Shown: positions 51,100-59,304, numbered from the stretch's first letter. The stretch is 64,000 nt of DNA from Candidatus Magasanikiibacteriota bacterium (GCA_963840935.1 CAWJAS010000001.1:192875-256874); one strand, 5' to 3'. The notes: generated by a model from the letters alone, not told the origin. Made by a program: numbers and translations.

Positions 51100-52248
51100 T
51101 TATCTCCCCAATTCCCAATTCGGGCTGGCTTTGAGTTTGCGCCAGTCGATGTAATCTTTTTTTTGCGTTTTATGCCAACCGGCGACCGCGACCATGACCG
51201 CATTGTCCATGCAGTATTTTGGTTCAGGTACAAGGAAATTTGAGTTTGGAAAATTATTTTCCATTATTGTTTGAAGCGTACCGCGCAGTTTTTTGTTGGC
51301 GCTTACTCCTCCGCAGAGGATAACGGTTTTTGGTTTGAATTTTTTTATGGCGCGCGTCATTTTTCCGACTAGCGTGTCAACAATGGCTTGCTCAAACGAG
51401 ATGCAGAAGTCGTTGATAGTTATTTTGTCATCCTGATCCGCCAGTTGGCGGAGAAGGATCTTTTCGTTTTTTAATAAAAGATTCTTCGGTCGCTTCGCTC
51501 CCTCAGAATGACAGAGGGGGTTATCGCGCAAATAATACAGCGCTGAGGTTTTTAAACCGGAAAAAGAAAAGTCGAAATTATTGCTTTCAAGCATCGGACG
51601 AGGGAATTTTATGGCGACTGTTTTGCCTTCAAGCGCCAATTTGGAAATTTGTGGACCGCCGGGATAGGGGAGGCCGAGTAGTTTCGCCACTTTATCAAAA
51701 CATTCGCCGGCTGCGTCATCGCGCGTGGCGCCGATGAGTTTGTACTGGCCTGGTTTTTTTATCAATTGAATTTCCGTGTGTCCTCCGGAGACAATCAAAG
51801 CTAGCGCCGGATAAACAATTTTATTATTTTTGGAAATTGGAAATTTGACATTTGAAATTTCGGTGGAGTGTATATGCCCGGCCATGTGATTCACACTAAT
51901 CAAAGGAATTTTCCAAACGGCTGACAATGTCCGCGCCGCTTCCACGCCGACAATAAGTCCGGTGATAAGTCCGGGGCCGGATGCAACGGCAATGGCATCG
52001 GGTTTAATAAACCTCACCCCAGCCCTCTCCTTATTAAGGAGAGGGGGAGTAAGCACATCTTCGATTAATGGCACAATTTTTTCTGCATGCATTCTTCCGG
52101 CTATTTCCGGTACCACTCCGCCATATTTTTTGTGGATGTCAATTTGCGAAGCAGTGGATTCGCGGATGACAAAACAGCCCTGCTTAGAACATTCCAAGAG
52201 GGCCACTGATGTGTCGTCGCATGAACTTTCAATACCGAGAATTTGCAT
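51100..52248 (-). CDS. tsaD: tRNA t6A37 threonylcarbamoyltransferase TsaD, with in-frame palindromic insertions
   Basis: LGIESSCDDTS, GGVVPEIAGR, HMAGH, VSGGHT, DDAAGECFDK, FSFSGLKT, DNAVM. Confidence 0.97.
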   Translation of the reverse strand: MQILGIESSCDDTSVALLECSKQGCFVIRESTASQIDIHKKYGGVVPEIAGRMHAEKIVPLIEDVLTPPLLNKERAGVRFIKPDAIAVASGPGLITGLIVGVEAARTLSAVWKIPLISVNHMAGHIHSTEISNVKFPISKNNKIVYPALALIVSGGHTEIQLIKKPGQYKLIGATRDDAAGECFDKVAKLLGLPYPGGPQISKLALEGKTVAIKFPRPMLESNNFDFSFSGLKTSALYYLRDNPLCHSEGAKRPKNLLLKNEKILLRQLADQDDKITINDFCISFEQAIVDTLVGKMTRAIKKFKPKTVILCGGVSANKKLRGTLQTIMENNFPNSNFLVPEPKYCMDNAVMVAVAGWHKTQKKDYIDWRKLKASPNWELGR

Positions 52249-52250
52249 AT

Positions 52251-52327
52251 TGGTGACAGGGGAGAGACTTGAACTCTCGACCTCCGGGTTATGAATCCAG
52301 TGCTCTAACCAGCTGAGCTACCCTGTC
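52251..52327 (-). tRNA. tRNA with CAT anticodon (probably elongator Met; Ile2 not excluded), CCA encoded
   Basis: GACAGGG/CCCTGTC acceptor, TAGCTCAGCTGGTTAGAGC, loop TTCATAA, GTTCAAGT, ACCA. Confidence 0.9.
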
Positions 52328-52334
52328 ATTGTTT

Positions 52335-52396
52335 GACCTGTCGCTTTTAAACGTCCTGCTCTAACCTCCGCCGGCTGGCGGATGAGCTACCCTGAC
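52335..52396 (-). pseudogene. Truncated tRNA-like copy with a palindrome inserted in the D loop
   Basis: GTCAGGGTAGCTCA-[TCCGCCAGCCGGCGGA]-GGTTAGAGCA...AGGTC; no T arm. Confidence 0.65.
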
Positions 52397-52514
52397 AAAT
52401 GTACTCACATTTTACTCTCAAAAAGACGTTTCGTCAACCCGATTAAATCTACTTAGTAAATTAAATAAAAAATAAATCCCGCCAAGAGAGGCGGGATAAG
52501 GAGCGAGGTGTGCG

Positions 52515-52766
52515 TCAGATTTCATCCGTTGGTTTCTCCTCATCTTTTAAAGAAGAAATCCTTTGCGACGAAGACATCTGGTCAAAACGAGCCATGCGAC
52601 GGCGCAGTAGAGCGAGACTGCGAATGGATCGAGCCTTGGCTTCGGTTATTCGCCAATCCGTCATTTTGCGTTCAATAGTATCACCGGCTTCGTTATTTGT
52701 TAAGGCGGAAATAAACGACTTAATCAACTTGCCGATTTTATCGGCCATATCATCAGTCGTTTTCAT
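52515..52766 (-). CDS. Hypothetical protein (stand-alone ORFan cassette)
   Basis: TTGACA-17-TACCAT at 52860-52832, purine-rich SD, hairpin at 52475-52498. Confidence 0.65.
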   Translation of the reverse strand: MKTTDDMADKIGKLIKSFISALTNNEAGDTIERKMTDWRITEAKARSIRSLALLRRRMARFDQMSSSQRISSLKDEEKPTDEI

Positions 52767-52908
52767 TGCCCTTTCCTTTCTGTTGGAGTTTTTCCAATTG
52801 GTTAGCTAAATATTTTTTTAAGCTTATCTGTATGGTATGTCGCGAGCGAAGTACTGTCAAATAAAAAACCCCGCCGAGAACGGCGGGGCAAGAAGGAGCG
52901 AGATTTTT

Positions 52909-53971
52909 CTAGCAGATGTAGCGGATGGAGAGGTCCCAGTGGTGGCGGTGAATGATTTCCGCAAGTTCGTAAACCCAAGTGACCACGCGCAAACGACCAC
53001 TATCAACCAAAGGTTTCAGAGCCGGCCGGTTGTCAATCGGAATAGTGTCGGTGGTGTACACGCGATCAACCGGGCAGGCCGGGTCGTTGAAGTAATCAAT
53101 CGAAGGACTGCAGAAAACACCGTGAATTACGGTCGCGAAAAACATTTTAGCTCCGTATTCTTCTTTGGCAACGCGAGCGATATCAATGATAGTTTTGCCG
53201 GTGCTGATTTCATCGTCAAAACCGATGACCGTGGCGCCGTTGATACTATCAATATCGCCGAAAAAGCCGATGGAGCGCGAATCAGTACTGCTCGTGCGAA
53301 TTTTTTGGCCGATGATGATCGGAAACGAGAATCTTGAATTCTTCTTCCAGCCGGTCGATAGCGTCGCGGAAACGTTTGCGCGCGCCGTCGTCAGGCAAAA
53401 AAAGGCAGATCTGATTTGCTTCCACGCCGGAATCTCGGATCGCCTGGCGCAAGATGTGGCGAGCCATTGAATGTTCGGTGATGATTCCCATCTCTCCGGC
53501 AGCCATGACTGACTGCGCCGAGTGCAGGTCGGCAGTCATGATGCGGTCCAAGTGGCCGTAGGTGGCGCTTCTGATTGCGTGGATAACATGCGGAATGAGC
53601 GCGAGCTCTTCCGAACCCTCGTCTTTGTCGGAACGCCCTAACGGCGAGTAACCGATGACCACAGCAATCCGTTTGGCCCGCCTGGCCTTGAGATAGTGGA
53701 GCAAAAATTGCAACTGTCCGAGCATCTCGTAAGTGCCGGGTCCGCTTGTGATCGCGACCACATCATGCCCACCCAAGTGGTCTTTGCTCAAGCGCAAAAA
53801 CGGTTCCCCGCTGGCGCGCAACGAAAACTTTGGCACCACAAAATCAACCGGGTAATCGTGCTTTTCTTCAATCGTTTCGCGAACAATTCTTCCCATTTCT
53901 TCAAAACCCGGCAGAGCGACAACGGTCAACCCACCATTGTTGTTGAGTTTGTTCGTGAATTCGGTTGCCAT
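52909..53971 (-). pseudogene. prs: Divergent ribose-phosphate pyrophosphokinase with a frameshift near 53330
   Basis: SGEPFLRL, GRSDK, ADLHSAQ, LPDDGA in the first frame; VIGFDDEISTGKT, TVIHGVF, TTDTIP in the shifted frame. SD AAGGAG and promoter TTGACA-17-TACAAT at 54067-54039. Confidence 0.85.
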
Positions 53972-54056
53972 GTTCTCTCCTTTTTTGGATGACAAAACCG
54001 GACTTCCGCCCGGCTTTTGTTGTTAATGTTCCAAAAGAATTGTATGTTCGCTCGTA

Positions 54057-54998
54057 TTATTTGTCAACCAATTTTTTTCGTAATTTATCAATCATCTCAA
54101 CCGTCATTTTTGGCAAATCAAATTCATGGTTCCATCCCCAATCAGCTCGAGCGGGGGAATCATCAATTGAGCGGGGCCAGGAGTCGGCAATTTTTTGGCG
54201 ATGGTCCGGTGTATAGGTAACCGCAACAGGCAAATGTTTATTTATTTCATCTGCTAATTCTTCGGCCGAAAAACTGATTGCCGCCAAATTATAGCTTGTG
54301 CGAATAGAAATTTTTTCCGCTGGCGCTTCCATAATTTGAATAGTGGCGCGAACAGCGTCATCCATATACATCATCGGGAGAATTGTATCTTTGTGAACAA
54401 AGCAGGTGTATGAGCCGGACTTGAGCGCTTCATAAAAAATCGCCACTGCATAGTCGGTTGTTCCGCCCCCCGGTTCGGCTTTCCACGAAATAACGCCCGG
54501 ATAGCGCACGGACCTAACGTCAACTCCGTATTTGAGATGATAATAATGGCAAAGGTCTTCGCCGGCGGCTTTGGTGATGCCATACATTGTAGTCGGTTCA
54601 AGCACGGTGCGTTGTGGAGTGAGGTCGCGCGGAGTGGTGGGTCCAAAAGCGGCGATTGAACTCGGCCAAAAAACTTTCAATTTATGATTGACGGCCAATT
54701 CCAAAACATTTATCAAACCGCCCATATTAATTCGCCAAGTTAAGGAGGGGTCCTGCTCGCCTCGCGCAGAGAGTATGGAAACCAAATGATAAACAGTATC
54801 AATTTTGTATTCTAAAATTGTTTTTTCAAGCAATTCTTTGTCTTCGACTGTACCCGACAAAGCGGTGCCGATAAAGTTTTCTGGCGCCGGTTTTAAATCC
54901 ATGACTACAATATTTTCCGAACCGTATTTGTTTTGCAATGCCGGCACAAGTTCGGAACCGATTTGCCCGAACGCGCCGGTGACTAAAATTTTTGGCAT
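54057..54998 (-). CDS. NAD-dependent epimerase/SDR family protein, L-threonine 3-dehydrogenase-like
   Basis: VTGAFGQIG, PSSIAAFG, YGITK, PGGGTTDYAV, IADSWP. Confidence 0.9.
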   Translation of the reverse strand: MPKILVTGAFGQIGSELVPALQNKYGSENIVVMDLKPAPENFIGTALSGTVEDKELLEKTILEYKIDTVYHLVSILSARGEQDPSLTWRINMGGLINVLELAVNHKLKVFWPSSIAAFGPTTPRDLTPQRTVLEPTTMYGITKAAGEDLCHYYHLKYGVDVRSVRYPGVISWKAEPGGGTTDYAVAIFYEALKSGSYTCFVHKDTILPMMYMDDAVRATIQIMEAPAEKISIRTSYNLAAISFSAEELADEINKHLPVAVTYTPDHRQKIADSWPRSIDDSPARADWGWNHEFDLPKMTVEMIDKLRKKLVDK

Positions 54999-55151
54999 AA
55001 AGTTTTTTGTTATGTGGGAATAGTATAATAGCATTTGGAAAAATTGGCAAATGACCTGATAAAACTTGACTTTGTTTAAAAATAGTGTATAATATGTAAC
55101 ATTATTTGGCCCCATGCCGATTTCGCTTTTTGAGCGCTTGCAAATAAATAT

Positions 55152-55223
55152 GGCCCCATCGTCTAATGGTTAGGACACCACGCTTTCAATGTGGTAATAC
55201 GGGTTCGATTCCCGTTGGGGCTA
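55152..55223 (+). tRNA. tRNA-Glu(TTC)
   Basis: GGCCCCA/TGGGGCT acceptor, CCACG-CTTTCAA-TGTGG, ACGGGTTCGATTCCCGT; promoter TTGACT-16-TATAAT at 55066-55093. Confidence 0.95.
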
Positions 55224-55650
55224 CAAAGAAAAATGACTGACTAATGTCAGTCTTTTTTCTTTTGGCTGCTGAAGGGAATCGAACGCCGGAGCGATGCCGA
55301 GCGACGCAGAGAGCGAGCGAGGCCGCGAGGCGGTGGCCAGCCCCGAAGGGGTCCCTTTGGGACCCGAGCGAGCGGAAGCGAGCGAGAGGCGAGGCCGATT
55401 CCCGTTGGGGCTACTATAAAATAAGACCGACTTAATGTCGGTCTTATTTTATAAAATCTAATGCAGAATCGAACGGGCAGGAGCGAGACAAATCGTGAGC
55501 GGTTGTGGCCGCGAGCGATGCGGTCGAGAGTCGCTGAACTGCCGGTGGCAGTTCAGCGCTGCCCCGGGCAACGAAGCTCGCGCGGAAGCACGAGCAAGGC
55601 GGAATTCCCGCCCCGAAGGGGTCCCTTTGGGATTGGGGCTACTATAAAAT
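55224..55650 (+). repeat. Two tRNA-Glu-associated repeat units, each ending in a copy of the tRNA 3' end
   Basis: GAATCGAAC near each start; CGATTCCCGTTGGGGCTA at 55396-55413 and an interrupted copy at 55604-55641. Confidence 0.75.
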
Positions 55651-55655
55651 CAAAC

Positions 55656-56705
55656 CTATCTAACATTGTTATATTCCGCCAGTCCGCAAAAGGAGAGGTG
55701 GATGCAGTCATCAATACCTTTTATTGGTCTTTTGTTGATACAAATTTTTGTTTTATCCGACCATTTCGGGCATTCTTCCATGCAACTATCATAAGCATCT
55801 TTTTGATCTTCTTTTGTGGTGCCTTCGGTATAGATGGTGCAGTCGGCATATTTTTGACAGGCACTTGGGCAACTGGTTGAAATTATTTCCTCTTCTTTAT
55901 CACAGAGTGATTTTAAATTATTTATTTCTGCCATAATCTTTTTTTCCAGCGCTTCAATTTCGTCAAGCATTTTTTCTGGCAAAGCGTCACTATAATCGCC
56001 ATCAGACAACTCCAACGGTTCAGACCCGGGCGCACCACCAGGCAAAGCGTCACTATAATCACCATCAGACAACTCCAACGGCTCAGACCCAAGCGAGTCC
56101 TCAGGTGAAACGTCACTATAATCACCATCAGACAACTCCAACGGCTCAGACCCAAGCGAGTCCTCAGGTGAAACGTCACTATAATCACCATCAGACAACT
56201 CCAACGGCTCAGACCCAAGCGAGTCCTCAGGTGAAACGTCACTATAATCACCATCAGACAACTCCAACGGCTCAGACCCAAGCGAGACCTCAGGTGAAAC
56301 GTCACTATAATCACCATCAGACAACTCCAACGGTTCAGACCCGGGCGTGCCACCAGGCAAAGCGTCGGAATAATCACCATCAGACAACTCCAATGGTTCA
56401 GACCCATCATTCTTTTTCGGAGGATTTAAAGAATCCAATATTTCATTTTTTCTTTCTCTTAATTCTTCCAATTGTTTTTCTAAATCCCTGATTTGTTCCG
56501 CAAATTTTGGTTGGTTCTCACAGTTGCTTGATAATTTTGCTTTTGTTTTTGGGTCGATTACTTCTTTTAAAAATTTATTGAAGTCGTTTAATAAAACGCC
56601 TTCGGGAGTGCTTTGGCCTGGTAATTTACCTATGACAAGAAGCAAAGCGACGCTTGCGGCGGCCAATGTGGCTACCACCCCTCCGATAAGTAATGGTTTT
56701 GGCAT
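55656..56705 (-). CDS. Membrane-anchored protein with seven acidic 21-aa repeats and a Cys-rich C-terminal domain
   Basis: TM at the N-terminus, coiled coil, GSEPLELSDGDYSD x7, 8 clustered Cys at the C-terminus. Confidence 0.85.
   Translation of the reverse strand: MPKPLLIGGVVATLAAASVALLLVIGKLPGQSTPEGVLLNDFNKFLKEVIDPKTKAKLSSNCENQPKFAEQIRDLEKQLEELRERKNEILDSLNPPKKNDGSEPLELSDGDYSDALPGGTPGSEPLELSDGDYSDVSPEVSLGSEPLELSDGDYSDVSPEDSLGSEPLELSDGDYSDVSPEDSLGSEPLELSDGDYSDVSPEDSLGSEPLELSDGDYSDALPGGAPGSEPLELSDGDYSDALPEKMLDEIEALEKKIMAEINNLKSLCDKEEEIISTSCPSACQKYADCTIYTEGTTKEDQKDAYDSCMEECPKWSDKTKICINKRPIKGIDDCIHLSFCGLAEYNNVR
55977..56405 (-). repeat. 63-bp coding tandem repeat, about 7 copies
   Basis: Near-identical units with 63-nt period and no spacers. 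Confidence 0.95.
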
Positions 56706-56867
56706 AAAAATATTTGTTAATAATATTTTAAAGTGTATCAAAGTTTTTCAAGTAAAACAATTAATATATTTTTAGAATGTATTATTTAATATCCGAAGTT
56801 GCTTGGCACGATTAAATCGTATATAATGGTTGTGTTTAGCGGTTAAGCTAAAATAATCATAATTTTT

Positions 56868-57218
56868 ATGCAAACAACACCAAGCCATTTTATGATTTCC
56901 GTGGTTAAGGATATGGATAAGGTAATTGATTTTTATGAGAATGTTTTGGGTTTAAAAGTATTGTACAAAACCGATGATTGGGCCGAACTTTCTTTTAATG
57001 ATGATTTGGAATTGGCTTTGCACAAAGTGGGCGGTGACGAGCATTTCTCCAATGCCGGAATTGGATTCCAAGTGGAGAATTGCGAAGAAGCGACAAAGTA
57101 TTATGAGTCAAAAGGCGTAAAAATTGACACAAGATGCCAAGAAAGAGGCAATAATATCCTTACTCAATTCGCCGACCCTGAAGGAAATGTGATTTGGCTG
57201 GCGCAAAAAATAAAATAA
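56868..57218 (+). CDS. VOC/glyoxalase family protein
   Basis: VKDMDKVIDFYENVLGL, IGFQV, FADPEGNVIWL. Confidence 0.9.
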   Translation: MQTTPSHFMISVVKDMDKVIDFYENVLGLKVLYKTDDWAELSFNDDLELALHKVGGDEHFSNAGIGFQVENCEEATKYYESKGVKIDTRCQERGNNILTQFADPEGNVIWLAQKIK

Positions 57219-57378
57219 ATTCGTAATGTTACGAATTAGGCGAATAAAAAACTGATTTTCTATATTTATGATTTTGGCGACGGTTGCTTTTATTGTGTAT
57301 AAATAATTGCGTTATTTATGGATATCATGTATAATATAGCAAGTATTATTTAGCGTTTATTTTTAATTTATTAATTTT

Positions 57379-57660
57379 ATGGCAGGCATGACCAAATCAG
57401 CCCTGTTATCCGCCTTAGCGGACAAGACAGGACTTAGCAAAAAAGATGTGGTTGGTCTCATGGACGCTATGGTTGACATGGCGTATCACGAGGTCAAAAA
57501 GAGTGGAGTTTTCGTCGTACCGGGAATCGGTAAATTGGTGAAAGTTAATCGCGCCGCGCGCCAGGGTCGCAACCCGGCTACCGGAGCCACCATTCAGATT
57601 CCGGCCAAGACCGTGGTTAAATTCCGCGTTGCCAAGGCCGCGAAAGAAGCCGTACTCTAA
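57379..57660 (+). CDS. HU family DNA-binding protein
   Basis: MTKSALL, PGIGK, RAARQGRNPATG, IPAKTVVKF. Confidence 0.95.
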   Translation: MAGMTKSALLSALADKTGLSKKDVVGLMDAMVDMAYHEVKKSGVFVVPGIGKLVKVNRAARQGRNPATGATIQIPAKTVVKFRVAKAAKEAVL

Positions 57661-57778
57661 TTTTTTTAGAAATAGAAACAAGACTGGGATTTCCGGTCTT
57701 GTTTTTTTTCGTCAGTCGCGACTGATAAATAAAAAACCCGCGCAAAGGCGGGTAAAGAGAACGGTCATATTCGGTAGG

Positions 57779-58096
57779 TTAACGGCGGGGTTGAGCACAT
57801 GAGGAATAGCGTCGCTTGGGCTTCTCCATGAAAGCGCAACGTTTGAGAGAACAGTAGCGGTTGGCGCGGTTCCAAACTCGGTAATTCATCCAAGGATTCG
57901 CGAACCGGCTGGCTCTCATGGTTTCAATTACCCTGACAGGAACGCACCAAACATAGTGAATATTGCCATTCGAATCAGCAATACCGCAATAATTTTCTTC
58001 CGTATTATCGCCTTCAATCGCCAGTGAACCGGAAACAGCATCGTTCGTCATGCTATTCAACGGCTCAATGAACCATTGTATTTTATCTTGGTCCAT
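57779..58096 (-). CDS. Hypothetical protein
   Basis: SD AAGGAGG in the end of the upstream ORF; terminator at 57731-57753. Confidence 0.7.
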   Translation of the reverse strand: MDQDKIQWFIEPLNSMTNDAVSGSLAIEGDNTEENYCGIADSNGNIHYVWCVPVRVIETMRASRFANPWMNYRVWNRANRYCSLKRCAFMEKPKRRYSSCAQPRR

Positions 58097-58636
58097 TTAT
58101 CCCTCCTTGATTTTTGCCATCACGCCCAGTTCGCGAGCGATTTTTTTTAGGTTGGCCCGTTCTCTATCGGAACGAGCGGTCAAAGCCATTTTTTGATAGG
58201 CAAAACGCTTGAGAGCAAAAAAGTTGTATGGAGAAGATGAAGCCATATGGAAAAGAGTCGTCCAGTCGGAGTAAGAAGTCGCGGTGTATGTCATCATGAT
58301 GAAAGCCAACAGTTCTCGGTATTTGCCGTTGGTGTTGGATTCATAATAAAACCTGAACCAGCCGTTGAAATCAGTGATGTCTTTGGCGTCCGAAATGGAA
58401 TTTCGAAACCGCCTAACAAAACGGTCCAGTTCATTTTGCCTTTCTTCGGGCAAATAGCATCTGATTAAAAGGGCTTCTTCAAGCTCCAAATATTCGGGTA
58501 TTTCTTCTTTGCCCACGATTATATCGTAAAGCAACTGCCCTTCGCAGATGCGCTGAAGAAGGTCGGTTTTTACCTTAAAAGAAAGACTGCTCTCATCATC
58601 GATGAGAATTGAATCCAGAAGGATTTCTTGCTCCAT
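58097..58636 (-). CDS. Hypothetical protein (first gene of an ORFan cassette)
   Basis: GGGAGGG SD before ATG 58636; TTGACA at 58698-58693. Confidence 0.75.
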   Translation of the reverse strand: MEQEILLDSILIDDESSLSFKVKTDLLQRICEGQLLYDIIVGKEEIPEYLELEEALLIRCYLPEERQNELDRFVRRFRNSISDAKDITDFNGWFRFYYESNTNGKYRELLAFIMMTYTATSYSDWTTLFHMASSSPYNFFALKRFAYQKMALTARSDRERANLKKIARELGVMAKIKEG

Positions 58637-58774
58637 CTTCCCTCCCACTTGTTGTAAAAGAACTAGTTATATTAAACATATTTTTTAATAAATGTCAATC
58701 TAAAAAAGTAAATCAAAATTTTATTATCGCGTCAATTTATATATACGATTTTATTTGTCGGTAGGCAGGCAGGT

Positions 58775-58841
58775 GTTGTGGAACGCTCAGCGTTCCTATT
58801 ACAACGCTCAGTGTTCCTATTACAACGCTAAGCGTTGTGGA
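58775..58841. repeat. 21-bp tandem repeat (~2.6 copies) with an internal palindrome
   Basis: AACGCTCAGYGTTCCTATTAC units, flanked by GTTGTGGA direct repeats. Confidence 0.8.
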
Positions 58842-58921
58842 CAACTTTTGCCTATTTATAGCCAAAATATGTTATACTTTTATATGTAATAATTAATCCC
58901 AATAAGAAAGGGGGTGACCAT

Positions 58922-59203
58922 ATGAATAAAGCCAGCTTGGCGCAAGTGTTATCAGAAAAATTAAACATTTCCAAAAAGGACGCCGAGGATACAATTAATA
59001 CAATGGTTGATGTAATTATCGATACCTTAAAAAAAGGAGAAGAAGTGGTTTTAACGGGTTTTGGGGCGTTTAGCGCAAAAACACGAGCCGGACGCATTGG
59101 AGTTAATCCACAAAATCCTTCGGAAAAAATTACGATTCCTTCAGTTGTCGTCCCAAAATTCAAGGCCGGGAAAGCGCTTAAAGACGCATTAAAAGGTAAA
59201 TAA
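58922..59203 (+). CDS. hup: HU family DNA-binding protein
   Basis: MNKASLA, LTGFGAF, GRIGVNPQ, PKFKAGKALKDA. Confidence 0.95.
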   Translation: MNKASLAQVLSEKLNISKKDAEDTINTMVDVIIDTLKKGEEVVLTGFGAFSAKTRAGRIGVNPQNPSEKITIPSVVVPKFKAGKALKDALKGK

Positions 59204-59304
59204 AAAAAAGATAAATCTTTCAGAAAGAAAACAAGCCGTAGTCCCGCACAAGTTGCCGGGGCAAGGCCGGGAAAGCGCTTAAAGACGCATTAAAAGGTAA
59301 ATAA
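59161..59304 (+). repeat. Exact 43-bp direct repeat of the hup 3' end
   Basis: 59161-59203 is identical to 59262-59304. Confidence 0.95.

Noticed and set aside
55244-55880. ORFs 55244-55435 and 55461-55880
   Set aside because: These are translations of GC-rich repeat DNA; the second overlaps the convergent repeat-protein gene.
55977-56405. CRISPR array
   Set aside because: 63-bp units are contiguous with no unique spacers, keep an open frame, and no cas genes are present.
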